Shown here: positions 8,751-17,818 of the stretch, piece after piece
Layout: every line of letters begins with the position of its first letter
Numbering within the stretch: the stretch's first letter is position 1
Assembly: GCA_013334245.1 (NCBI GenBank)
Contig: JAAXXZ010000002.1
Location: 21,166-85,165 of the forward strand
Reading direction: 5' to 3'
Source: Candidatus Moraniibacteriota bacterium
GTDB lineage: Bacteria; Patescibacteriota; Minisyncoccia; Moranbacterales; UBA1568
DNA: 64,000 bases
Position numbers and translations under genes: made by a program
The notes under the pieces: generated by a model
Seen by the model: the letters and a program-made list of their open reading frames with translations, nothing else
Database searches by the model: none
Told to the model about the DNA's origin: nothing

Positions 8751-10427
8751 TCACGAAAGAAGGATGAGTGCGACGCAGATGCCGTACAGGGCGATGAAAA
8801 GCATATTCCATGCCGGAAGTGAGCGGAAAGAACCCCAACGGGAACTCTTTTTCCCCGCGCGCCGAATACTCATGAACGCGAGTGATCCGAAGAGAAAGGC
8901 CGGCAAGAACAGGCCGGCATCATGCAGCGCGATTGGGCTGCCGACATAGCATGCGAATAGGACGCTGCCGAGAAAAAGCCGGGCTTTTTCTTCGCCGAGT
9001 ATGACGGGAATGGTGAATACCCCGTCTTGTCTGTCTCCCTTCATGTCTTTGAAGTCTTTGAGCGGTATGGTGGCCGCATAACAGACGAAAAGGAACGCGA
9101 GCAGAGGAAGCGGAACCGGGCTGATCGTGGGAACAGGTGCGATGACGGAGTAGCCGGCAAGCATGACGGCGATTCCTGCCGCCGCCGAGAGCGCCGTCGC
9201 GACGACGGGTATCCGCTTGAGACGGAGTGGGGGCATGGAGTATATCCATGCAATCGCCTGATAGGCCAGGAGGAACAGCATGCTTTTAATGCTGACAATC
9301 GAGGAAAACAGGATGGAGGTGAAAAAGAACAGTATTCCGATATGACGGTATCGGTACTCCGATATGGAGCGAACCGGCAACGGGCGGGACGGATTGGTAA
9401 TCGCGTCGATATGGCGGTCCGTCAGGTCGTTGCCGATCACGGAGGCAAGCCACGCGCTTTCGACGGCTATGACCATGACGATGACGGAAAGGATTTCGAA
9501 GAGTCTGAAGTCGGGTTCCGCACCGGCATAGATCATGGCGAGGCATCCGCCGAGAAGGAGGAGGCCTCCATGCCAGAAGACCTGTGGCCATCGTACGTTT
9601 CCGAGGAGGGCGAGGAATGTCTTTCTGAACGAATGAAAAAGGAGTATGCCGACGGAAAGAACTGACAAAATGGCGTATACGAGACTCATGCGATAGCCGA
9701 GCGACATTCGGGGATCTGCCATCTCCATCCCGAAAAACTTTTTGGTGGAGAGCATGTACCCGGCGATATCCGCGCCCGTGACGTGGAACAGTCCCTGCCG
9801 GGAAGCCAGGGCGCCGATCGCGATATAGGAGGGAAACGTGCCGAGAATGTAGAACACGAGATACGACAAGAAGACGATTCCGACGGAGCGGAGCGGTTTA
9901 CGGGTGCGGAATAACGAATACAGACCGAGAGCGATGCTCATGGCGGCGACTTCGAACCGGACCCCGTATGTGATTCCTATGTCCGGTCTGCCTCCGAAAA
10001 AGTGGAAAAAACCGGAGAAAAGTCCCGAAAGTCCGTCGAGCTGGTAGAAGCTCCAGAACGCCTGGTCGCCGAAAATCATCTTGTCGATAATCGGCGGTGT
10101 CCAGATGATGAGAAATCCGGCGAGGAGCAGATTCGTGGCGCGAGACCATGATGTGGCTCCGGCAAGTCGCGCGACAGGTAAGAAAAGGAGGAACGCGAAG
10201 AGAAAGAACAAAAACGTATGTGAGAACTCGTAGAGCATGTAGTTCAGCGGCTCAGAGCCGAAAAGATTCGTCCCGAGCTCGATCAGGATTCGGACGATAA
10301 TGATGGCGAAGAACGCCGTCGCAAAACCTCCGAGGGTGAGGGGCGCCGCTTCTATCGCCTCAAAAAGATCGGTAATTGCCTTATTGAGTCGTTTTAGCGC
10401 TCGACGAAGGGTTGATTTGTTGCTCAT
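8751..10427 (-). CDS. Polytopic membrane protein with C-terminal UbiA-family prenyltransferase domain (N-terminal ~250-aa multi-TM extension)
   Basis: The C-terminal half carries both Asp-rich UbiA motifs (GNDLTDRHIDAITNPSRPLP and KDFKDMKGDRQDG). The N-terminal half is predicted membrane-spanning with no recognisable motif. Confidence 0.7.
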   Translation of the reverse strand: MSNKSTLRRALKRLNKAITDLFEAIEAAPLTLGGFATAFFAIIIVRILIELGTNLFGSEPLNYMLYEFSHTFLFFLFAFLLFLPVARLAGATSWSRATNLLLAGFLIIWTPPIIDKMIFGDQAFWSFYQLDGLSGLFSGFFHFFGGRPDIGITYGVRFEVAAMSIALGLYSLFRTRKPLRSVGIVFLSYLVFYILGTFPSYIAIGALASRQGLFHVTGADIAGYMLSTKKFFGMEMADPRMSLGYRMSLVYAILSVLSVGILLFHSFRKTFLALLGNVRWPQVFWHGGLLLLGGCLAMIYAGAEPDFRLFEILSVIVMVIAVESAWLASVIGNDLTDRHIDAITNPSRPLPVRSISEYRYRHIGILFFFTSILFSSIVSIKSMLFLLAYQAIAWIYSMPPLRLKRIPVVATALSAAAGIAVMLAGYSVIAPVPTISPVPLPLLAFLFVCYAATIPLKDFKDMKGDRQDGVFTIPVILGEEKARLFLGSVLFACYVGSPIALHDAGLFLPAFLFGSLAFMSIRRAGKKSSRWGSFRSLPAWNMLFIALYGICVALILLS

Positions 10428-10549
10428 AAATCTAAATGTGACTTATAACTTTCTTATTATAGACGGTTTTCATAAATTTGAAGACTTCTTTCTGAAATTG
10501 GACCCATTGCGTTTCCCTGGTATACTGTACCCGTGGGGTTATCCGATAC

Positions 10550-11104
10550 ATGAACCATATGATCATATTTGCCATCGTTGCTATTGTTGTCGTGTTGTGG
10601 GGGGTAGTCGTTTATAACCGTCTGGTCACGCTCAAGAACCGGACCGACGAGTCATGGAGCGATATCGATGTGCAGCTCAAGCGCCGGTACGACTTGATTC
10701 CGAATCTCGTGAACACGGTGAAGGGGTATGCCGCTCATGAAAGCGGGGTATTCGAGAAGGTGACCGAGGCACGGACTCGCGCGATGGACGCTGGGAGTCA
10801 GCAGGAGAAAGCGGAAGCGGAGAACGCTCTTGCCGGCACGCTGAAAAGCCTGTTTGCTGTCGCGGAGAACTATCCCGATCTCAAGGCGAATCAGAACTTC
10901 CTCGAATTGCAGCGTGAGCTGTCCGATACGGAAAACAAGATTCAGTCCGCCCGCCGCTTTTACAATGCGAATGTTAGGGATTTCAACACGCAGATACAGT
11001 CATTCCCGACGAATCTGGTCGCATCGGGACTCGGTTTTCCGAAGCGGGACTTCTTCGAGCTCGATGAAGAGGCGGCAAAGAAGCCGGTCGAGGTCGCATT
11101 CTAA
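10550..11104 (+). CDS. lemA: LemA family protein
   Basis: N-terminal TM plus YNRLV...DESWSDIDVQLKRRYDLIPNLV...ENYPDLKANQNF...RRFYNANVRDFN, the canonical LemA sequence. Confidence 0.9.
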   Translation: MNHMIIFAIVAIVVVLWGVVVYNRLVTLKNRTDESWSDIDVQLKRRYDLIPNLVNTVKGYAAHESGVFEKVTEARTRAMDAGSQQEKAEAENALAGTLKSLFAVAENYPDLKANQNFLELQRELSDTENKIQSARRFYNANVRDFNTQIQSFPTNLVASGLGFPKRDFFELDEEAAKKPVEVAF

Positions 11105-11194
11105 GGGCTTCACCCTGGAAAATACTCTCATTTTCGAGTATAAAGAAGAGGCGACTACCCGCCTCTTTTCCTATTCTTCACCTATTTCGCACGT

Positions 11195-12097
11195 ATGCCA
11201 TCCATTTATACCAGCTTCGATCGGAACAGTCGTCTCACCTGGGTCTATCTTACCGGATTTCTCGTCATCGTAATCGGCGCGGGATATGTGTTCGCGCAGG
11301 CACTCGATATGCCGAGTATCCTTCCGATAGCGGTCCTTTTCTCGGTCATCATGAGTTTCGGCTCATACTGGTGGAGCGACAAGATCGTGCTTTCCATGAG
11401 CGGCGCGAGGCAGATCGGTCCCGAAGACGATAAGGAGTTGTTTCGGGTCGTGGAAAACTTGTCCATCACGGCCGGGCTTCCCATGCCACGGATCTATGTC
11501 ATCGACGATACGGCGATGAATGCGTTCGCGACCGGCCGCGATCCGGAACATGGGGTGATCTGTTTCACGACGGGCATCCTTTCAAGGCTTGAAAAAGCCG
11601 AGGTCGAGGGCGTGGCTGCTCATGAACTCTCCCATATAGGTAATCGGGACACGCTCATTTCGACGGTTGTCGTCATTTTGGTCGGCTTCATCGCACTTCT
11701 TGCGGACTGGTTTCGAAATTCGCTCTGGTTCGGCCGGGATCGCGACGATGACAACGGAAATGGCCAGCTCCAGGTGATATTCTTTGTCCTAGCGATCATT
11801 CTGTCCATTTTGGCCCCGCTTGCCGCGACACTCATACAGCTGGCCATATCACGTAAGCGCGAATTCGTCGCTGACGCCTCGGGAGTTCTTCTGACCCGCT
11901 ATCCGGAAGGTCTTGCCTCCGCATTACGGAAGATTTCCGCGGATTCGGAACCGCTCGAGGCGGCGAATCGTGCCACGGCACACCTCTATATCGCCAATCC
12001 GTTCAAGGGAGGGAAGGGAGCGAAACTTTTTATGACCCATCCGCCGATCGAAGAGCGAATCGCGGCACTTCTTGGTGAACATGCAACTGACCACTGA
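11195..12097 (+). CDS. htpX: Zinc metalloprotease HtpX (M48 family)
   Basis: HELSHIGNRD (HExxH), four TM segments, conserved NAFATG, and the C-terminal FMTHPPIEERIAAL. Confidence 0.9.
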   Translation: MPSIYTSFDRNSRLTWVYLTGFLVIVIGAGYVFAQALDMPSILPIAVLFSVIMSFGSYWWSDKIVLSMSGARQIGPEDDKELFRVVENLSITAGLPMPRIYVIDDTAMNAFATGRDPEHGVICFTTGILSRLEKAEVEGVAAHELSHIGNRDTLISTVVVILVGFIALLADWFRNSLWFGRDRDDDNGNGQLQVIFFVLAIILSILAPLAATLIQLAISRKREFVADASGVLLTRYPEGLASALRKISADSEPLEAANRATAHLYIANPFKGGKGAKLFMTHPPIEERIAALLGEHATDH

Positions 12098-12188
12098 TAA
12101 CTGACAACTTACGACGTTCGGCTGTCATTGTATGTATATCGATACGTTTTCGTTGATAGTCGTCGGTTGTAAGTTGTGAGTAGATGAT

Positions 12189-12680
12189 ATGCCGAACCAT
12201 CAGGATTTTCTCAAGATGGCCCGGGAGCGGCACGGAAAATTGTGCGGCGCCCCGAACCGTACGGTTCGGGGAGGCGTGTCGTTCACGCGCCATGCCGAAT
12301 ACAAGATGAAGCAGTACGGTTTGTCGGCGCAGCGGGTCCGAACGGTCATGCGGAACCCGAAGCGCATACAAGAGGGTGTTGCCAAGGATACGGTAGCCGT
12401 GATGCAACCGGTATCCACGCGGCGAAAGGATGGAAAGGAAACGTGGAGCCAGGAAATATGGGTGATGTACGTTCAACAGAAATCAGTTAACACGAAACAG
12501 AAAGCAGAAAACTCAGCATCCGGGGATTCCCGTTATCTGTTATCTGCTAACGGCTCTCTGCGAGTCATCAGCGCCTGGCGGTATCCCGGGGTAAGCCCTG
12601 CCGGGAACCCGATACCGGAGGATATTTTGCGTGAAATCGAGGAAGGGAGTATCTTTGAGGAAGAGGGAATAATCGGATAA
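12189..12680 (+). CDS. Hypothetical protein, DUF4258-like
   Basis: FTRHAEYKMKQYGLSAQRVRTVMRNP...LRVISAWRYPG resembles the DUF4258 pattern (RHAxxRMxxxGIS...viTvy). Unverified. Confidence 0.5.
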   Translation: MPNHQDFLKMARERHGKLCGAPNRTVRGGVSFTRHAEYKMKQYGLSAQRVRTVMRNPKRIQEGVAKDTVAVMQPVSTRRKDGKETWSQEIWVMYVQQKSVNTKQKAENSASGDSRYLLSANGSLRVISAWRYPGVSPAGNPIPEDILREIEEGSIFEEEGIIG

Positions 12681-12690
12681 TAAACGAAAT

Positions 12691-13197
12691 ATGACCGAAG
12701 AAGTGAAGCAGGAGCCGAAGGCGGAAGAGACGAAGACCGGAGCGGCATCGGATGCGAAGAATATCCTCGCCCAGCTCGAGGCGATCCTCGACGAATATAT
12801 GGTGACGAAGGCCCCGTTCACGATTCCGGCGAACGGAAAGGAGCTGATCGTGAAGATCGCTCCGTATCTCGTGATTCTGAGCGCCATCATCGCGGTGCCC
12901 GCCATTCTTGCGGGGATCGGGCTGTCCGCATTTCTCGCTCCGTTCGCGATGCTCGCCGGGCATGTCGGCATAGCGGCATTCATCTCGCTCATCTTTGCGG
13001 CCGTCTCGCTCGTAATCGATATCATGGCCATCCCGGGCCTTTTCGGTCGGACGAAGAAGGGTTGGAGACTTACGTACTATGCGACCGTCGTGAGTCTTGT
13101 CGGCAATGTCCTTTCCTTCAACATCATCGGAGGAATCATCAGTGCCATCATCGGGTGGTTCATCCTCTTCCAGGTCAAGGACAAGTACGTGAACTAG
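12691..13197 (+). CDS. Hypothetical integral membrane protein (4 TM)
   Basis: ORF with a hydrophilic N-terminus then four hydrophobic helices. It starts 11 nt after the previous ORF. Confidence 0.55.
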   Translation: MTEEVKQEPKAEETKTGAASDAKNILAQLEAILDEYMVTKAPFTIPANGKELIVKIAPYLVILSAIIAVPAILAGIGLSAFLAPFAMLAGHVGIAAFISLIFAAVSLVIDIMAIPGLFGRTKKGWRLTYYATVVSLVGNVLSFNIIGGIISAIIGWFILFQVKDKYVN

Positions 13198-13347
13198 CAG
13201 TTCATGTCGGTTCGAAAGCCGCTCCATATCGGAGCGGTTTTCTTTATCAGGCGGTTGTTCTTGACGGGAACGAGAATAGCATGTATAATGCGATTTCCTT
13301 AATATTATATACTTTTCTCAACCACTATCTCTACGGGAGTGTAAACC

Positions 13348-14376
13348 ATGGGCACTATCGAACAGCTATTTACCGCGATCGGCAAAATGCTGGACGCAAT
13401 TTTCGGAATTTTTAAAGGACAGGAAGTGCATGAGCCGCCCGTGCCTGTTTCGAAAGAGAAGGAGAGATCGGGTCCGGTTCGCTTTAAAAACGAGCCATTC
13501 ATGGCGAATTATGACAAATTTGGCGCTGAGCCGGTTAGGCTGACACCGATTGTCTACGATGAGGATTACAATTGCGGTGTGGGCATTGTCGGCCCTGACG
13601 GAAGCGGGTCAGTCTGGGGGCTCGTTGCTCCGCGAGATCTTGTTGCATCATGGAGAGCTACGGAAATACTCAGGAAGCTCAGTATCATCGAACATGGGAC
13701 ACTGTGTGCTTCATACTATGCGGGCCGACGAAATCCTCACGAAAGTGATCGTAAACGTTACGTCGAGCCGATAATCGGAATAATCGGCAGCGAGACCTAT
13801 GACAGTATCATGGCGATGCCGGTTCCCGAGCAGATTATCAGGGCTATTCTTGATTACCAGGACGCAGAGTTTTCGCCGAGCCTGTATCCGATAACCGAGG
13901 AAATCAAGGCAGGGACGATCAAGTGGCGTCAAGAGTTCGCTGATGCGGGAATCAATCATCCGGATGATGTTGAGATCGAGGAAGAAAGGAAGGCGGGAGT
14001 CATCGCCCGGTACGAACAGCTATTATGCGATTACGCGGAGCGACGTAAGCTTCCACGCGAGTGTCTGGGGATGAACCATGTCGAGGGCGCACTGCTGACG
14101 CTTTTAGATAAGGGGTTCAAAGAATCTTCCTCGCATTCGGACCGCACCCTTGTTGCTCTGTCTGGTATCGTCGGAGAGATTGCAAGCTTTGAGTTCTCAA
14201 TGTTTATGCTTCCCTTCGGTCCGCCGGAGGATTATCACGAAACGAAGAAAAAAGAAGCAATTGAGTTTTCCGCAAACTGGCTCTCAGAAGATGGAGAGAT
14301 GCGAAGAGAAGACGCGGAATGTTTTCTGGTCCTGCTGCTTGACGAATACTTCCCTACAGAGGAGATAGCCGGCTGA
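13348..14376 (+). CDS. Hypothetical protein
   Basis: 342-aa ORF with a plausible start and a terminator hairpin downstream (14399-14430). No recognisable motif. Confidence 0.55.
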   Translation: MGTIEQLFTAIGKMLDAIFGIFKGQEVHEPPVPVSKEKERSGPVRFKNEPFMANYDKFGAEPVRLTPIVYDEDYNCGVGIVGPDGSGSVWGLVAPRDLVASWRATEILRKLSIIEHGTLCASYYAGRRNPHESDRKRYVEPIIGIIGSETYDSIMAMPVPEQIIRAILDYQDAEFSPSLYPITEEIKAGTIKWRQEFADAGINHPDDVEIEEERKAGVIARYEQLLCDYAERRKLPRECLGMNHVEGALLTLLDKGFKESSSHSDRTLVALSGIVGEIASFEFSMFMLPFGPPEDYHETKKKEAIEFSANWLSEDGEMRREDAECFLVLLLDEYFPTEEIAG

Positions 14377-14398
14377 GATAACCCAAAATGAAAATCTG

Positions 14399-14430
14399 CC
14401 ACCAGTCTAACGACTCGTGGCGGTTTTTCA
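14399..14430 (+). terminator. Rho-independent terminator
   Basis: gccaccagtctaacgactcgtggcggttttt. Confidence 0.6.
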
Positions 14431-14493
14431 TTTCATCGGTGACGGGCTATACTGGAATCATCGAAAAACAGTCAATCATAAACGGATACGGAT

Positions 14494-15924
14494 ATGAAAA
14501 ACACCAAGATTGTCACGACTATCGGCCCGGCATCGGAATCCAAAGAGATGCTCCGGGCGCTCGCGGAGGCCGGAATGAACGTCGTCCGTCTCAACTTCTC
14601 GCACAACGAACATGCGTGGCATCGCGATGTCATAAACCGTGTCCGGGAGATATCGCAGGAGCTGAATCAGCCGATAGGCATACTGGCGGATCTGCAGGGA
14701 CCCCGCATCCGCATCGGGAACGATGCGGAAGTCGCGGTAGCGGCTGGACAGTCGGTCCGTGTCAGCGATATCGGACATAAGGAGACGCTTTCCGCTTCGG
14801 ATCTTGCGACCGTCTTCCTCGATATAGCCGGCATATCCGATCCGCTCGAGGCGGGACATCAGGTGCTCATCGAGGACGGTACGATCCGACTCTCCGTCAC
14901 GGGCCGGGAGGAAAGGTGTGCCATCGCGACGGTGGAGACCGATGGACTGATACGGCCTCGCAAGGGCGTGAATCTGCCTGATTCCAAACTCGATCTGCCG
15001 ATTCTTTCCGAAAAGGACCGAAAAGACCTGTCGTTCGTCCTTAAGGAAGGAGTCGATTTCGTCGGTCTTTCGTTTGTCGGGTCGGCCCAAGACATCGAGA
15101 GCGCCCGTGAAGTCATGCGGGCCGAGCTGCCCGAAGGGGCGCGTCTGCCGGATATCGTTTCCAAGATCGAGCGCAAGGAGGCGATCAAGAACATCGACGC
15201 GATCATCAAGGCGACGGATGCGGTCATGGTGGCTCGCGGCGACCTCGGTATCGAAATGCCGGAGTCCGAGGTGACACTTCTGCAAAAGGATATCATCCGC
15301 CGAAGCCTTATGGCGGTGAAGCCGGTCATAGTAGCGACGCAGATGATGAAAAGTATGACGGAACAGCCGATCCCGACACGCGCCGAGGTGAGCGATGTGA
15401 CGAATGCGGTCGTGGATCATGCGGATGCCGTGATGCTTTCCGAAGAGTCGGCTATGGGCAAGTATCCTGCGGAGACCGTTTCCATGATGCGCGAAATCAT
15501 CACAAGGACCGAAGAGTCGCCGTTTGACGACGTGTATGACGCCTTGGACCTGAATATCCATTCCGAATACGCCACATTGATCCGGAGCGTGTACGAGCTG
15601 GCCAAGAGTTTCGAGACCAAGGCGATCCTGCTGCTTTCCATGAGTGGATTCACCGCCAAGCTCGCATCCCATTTCCGACCGGATACGGGTATCTTGGTCG
15701 CGACGAACGACCGTCGAACCTATGATCGCATGGCGCTTGTCTGGGGTGTGCGCCCGTACCTGTTCGATGGGGACAAGGATCTCGACAGCTTTATCGACAA
15801 GATGGTCGATTCGGCCAAGGAAGACGGAATCCTCGCGGCCGGTGATCAGACGGTCGTATTCCTCGGCCGCGTGCCCGGCAACCGCGATATGATGCGCCTT
15901 GTCGGAATCCGGGAAATCGGTTAA
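14494..15924 (+). CDS. pyk: Pyruvate kinase
   Basis: MKNTKIVTTIGPASESKEMLRALAEAGMNVVRLNFSHNEH..., the canonical PK N-terminus. Also MVARGDLGIEMP and the C-terminal regulatory domain. Confidence 0.92.
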   Translation: MKNTKIVTTIGPASESKEMLRALAEAGMNVVRLNFSHNEHAWHRDVINRVREISQELNQPIGILADLQGPRIRIGNDAEVAVAAGQSVRVSDIGHKETLSASDLATVFLDIAGISDPLEAGHQVLIEDGTIRLSVTGREERCAIATVETDGLIRPRKGVNLPDSKLDLPILSEKDRKDLSFVLKEGVDFVGLSFVGSAQDIESAREVMRAELPEGARLPDIVSKIERKEAIKNIDAIIKATDAVMVARGDLGIEMPESEVTLLQKDIIRRSLMAVKPVIVATQMMKSMTEQPIPTRAEVSDVTNAVVDHADAVMLSEESAMGKYPAETVSMMREIITRTEESPFDDVYDALDLNIHSEYATLIRSVYELAKSFETKAILLLSMSGFTAKLASHFRPDTGILVATNDRRTYDRMALVWGVRPYLFDGDKDLDSFIDKMVDSAKEDGILAAGDQTVVFLGRVPGNRDMMRLVGIREIG

Positions 15925-15933
15925 TGGATCGGT

Positions 15934-16860
15934 ATGGAAATGGAATTCGGAGACGCTTCATCGGGAGAGGCACGGGAACAGGAGCGAAGTCGAAGGAGAC
16001 GTGTTTTTCTCGACTCTTGCGCACAGCGACTTCAGACGCTCGAACAGGACGGGGTGTTTCCGAGCGATTATATCGAGGCTCGGTTTGCGGCGGCAAAACT
16101 TTCATCTGGTGATTTCAAGAATCCAGAGGCCGAAGGCGAGTCGTTCGCGAGTCTTGGCGTGAAAGAACGGAAACGGTTTCTCAGCGCGATCGACACGTTG
16201 GTCGAAACCGTCCGTCCTGCGATTGTGAGGATAACAGGGAGGTTGGACGGGCTGGAGCTGAAGAAACTTTCTGGAATAATCTGGGGAGAAGCCTTACCGG
16301 TCAGCGTACATGATATCCGGAAATATCTTGAGCGGCCGTGGGAGGAGTTTCGGGATGCCGTGCGTTGCTGGAAAGAAGATCAGCTCTCTCTGCTTTTTGC
16401 AGTCGAAAATCCCGATTTGGACAGGCTTACCAGCGCCTATGGAGAGATGTTCGCGTGGAAGGACTCGTTATCGGATTCGCATGACGGATTAGATGAAGAT
16501 GACCTTACAACACCTCCCTCGGTCCGTATGTCGGAGGACGGATTGGAAAAACTCTTCTCGTTCGCCGAGGATCGACTGCTACGGAAGGCGGACGATTTTC
16601 GCGGACGGATAGAGGATATATTGGAGCTGAAGGAATCCGAAATTCTGCTCCTGCCGGAATTCGAAGAGTCGCTGTATGCGGAATACAGGAAGCTGAGTGA
16701 CAAGATGGATACCTTTCATGAGGATTCGGCGAAAGTGCGAAAGTGGTTCAGAATACTGGATCAGCTGACGGAAGATTCCCGATGGGATGACGTATTCAAG
16801 GCATTCGATCGGGCGATCGCGAGGGCTGCTCGACGCGGTTCGGGAGAAGAGCCTGTTTAG
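15934..16860 (+). CDS. Hypothetical acidic protein
   Basis: 308-aa ORF directly after pyk (10-nt gap). It is Glu/Asp-rich and helical. Confidence 0.5.
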   Translation: MEMEFGDASSGEAREQERSRRRRVFLDSCAQRLQTLEQDGVFPSDYIEARFAAAKLSSGDFKNPEAEGESFASLGVKERKRFLSAIDTLVETVRPAIVRITGRLDGLELKKLSGIIWGEALPVSVHDIRKYLERPWEEFRDAVRCWKEDQLSLLFAVENPDLDRLTSAYGEMFAWKDSLSDSHDGLDEDDLTTPPSVRMSEDGLEKLFSFAEDRLLRKADDFRGRIEDILELKESEILLLPEFEESLYAEYRKLSDKMDTFHEDSAKVRKWFRILDQLTEDSRWDDVFKAFDRAIARAARRGSGEEPV

Positions 16861-16974
16861 GAGTCTTGCCGCGGGTAGAAAACCTGCTCTTGCTCGACGA
16901 GGAAAAATACGATAGGCTGTCTTTCTGGGGAGTCAGGGTATTTTGTTCGAAAAGCGCTTTTCTCCGGTGTAATT

Positions 16975-16989
16975 GGAGAGGTGGCCGAG
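16975..16989 (+). repeat. Direct duplicate of tRNA-Ser 5' end (ggagaggtggccgag)
   Basis: Exact 15-nt match to the first 15 nt of tRNA-Ser at 17142. It is followed by hairpins (ccctgta..tacaggg, cccgttcg..cgaacggg), not by a tRNA body. Confidence 0.7.
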
Positions 16990-17141
16990 CCCTGTATCGT
17001 ACGGTACAGGGCCGAGTGGTTGCCCGTTCGTCACAGCGAACGGGTCCGCGCACTCCGCAAGGCGGAGATGTCGCAGAAAGGTGCACGCCTGTCCGAATTC
17101 AGAAGTCGTCAGTTGTTCGTTGTCAGTCGTCAGTTACTATT

Positions 17142-17228
17142 GGAGAGGTGGCCGAGTGGTTGAAGGCGCGCGCTTGGAAAGCGCGTTAGGGGCAACTCTA
17201 CGCAGGTTCGAATCCTGTCCTCTCCGCC
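17142..17228 (+). tRNA. tRNA-Ser (anticodon GGA), class II with long variable arm
   Basis: Acceptor GGAGAGG/CCTCTCC, D-arm GCCGAGTGGTTGAAGGC, anticodon stem CGCGC/GCGCG with loop TTGGAAA (GGA), long variable arm, T-arm CAGGTTCGAATCCTG, discriminator G. No encoded CCA. Confidence 0.85.
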
Positions 17229-17255
17229 TTCGCTACGCTGAAGCGTAGCTACGGC

Positions 17256-17543
17256 GTGACACAGTCCGCCGTAGAAACGCGAAAGCGAGGTTCGCAAGAG
17301 ATACACGATATGTATTACGTGTATAGTCTCAAATGCAAGGACGGGTATTATGTCGGGTGCACCGACGATTTGAAGGAACGCCTGAGCCGGCACCAGAACG
17401 GGTATGTTCCGGCGACCAAGAACCGTCTTCCGGTCGAATTGGATTTTTACGTCGCGATCCAAGAGAAATACAAGGCATTTGAATTCGAGAAATATCTCAA
17501 GTCCGGATCTGGTAGGGCATTCGTAATGAAGCATCTTCTTTAG
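17256..17543 (+). CDS. GIY-YIG nuclease family protein (small, tRNA-adjacent)
   Basis: YVYSLKCKDGYYVGCTDDLKERLSRHQ is a GIY-YIG motif. The ATG at 17310 (MYYVYSL) is an alternative, more typical start. A terminator hairpin follows at 17547-17578. Confidence 0.8.
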   Translation: MTQSAVETRKRGSQEIHDMYYVYSLKCKDGYYVGCTDDLKERLSRHQNGYVPATKNRLPVELDFYVAIQEKYKAFEFEKYLKSGSGRAFVMKHLL

Positions 17544-17688
17544 AAATACGGCTCCCCTTAACGGGGAGTCGTATTTATTCGGTATTTGTGCAAGGATAGG
17601 ATTCGAAAGCCGGACCGTCAGAAGGCGGGAGGCGGGGTCGCGACCCCGAACGAGGTCTTCCGAGACCTAGCGTTCGGGAGTTGTGACA

Positions 17689-17706
17689 GAATCCTGTCCT
17701 CTCCGC
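17689..17706 (+). repeat. Direct duplicate of tRNA-Ser 3' end (gaatcctgtcctctccgc)
   Basis: Exact 18-nt match to tRNA-Ser nt 17209-17226. It lies 463 nt downstream of the tRNA, bracketing the GIY-YIG gene. Confidence 0.7.
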
Positions 17707-17818
17707 AGTGAAAGGAGTGCGGAGTTCCGAGGGGCACTCATGGCTATGAAATCGGATACGAAAATACGAAAAGAGGCGCTACCATTTCTGATAGCGCCTC
17801 GGTTTGAATAGGATCGGC

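Noticed and set aside
12568-13227. 219-aa minus-strand ORF (acidic DDGTDDSSDD low complexity) overlapping the 12691-13197 membrane protein
   Set aside because: Antisense mirror frame. The plus-strand ORF has coherent TM topology and sits in an operon-like arrangement.
14476-15672. 398-aa minus-strand ORF antisense to pyruvate kinase
   Set aside because: pyk on the plus strand is unambiguous. The antisense frame is His/Arg-rich noise.
16975-17141. Possibility that the upstream tRNA-Ser 5' fragment plus following hairpins is a second intact class-II tRNA or an intron-containing tRNA
   Set aside because: No complementary 3' acceptor strand (CCTCTCC) follows within 170 nt. The inserts do not form D, anticodon or T arms. 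A complete tRNA-Ser follows independently.
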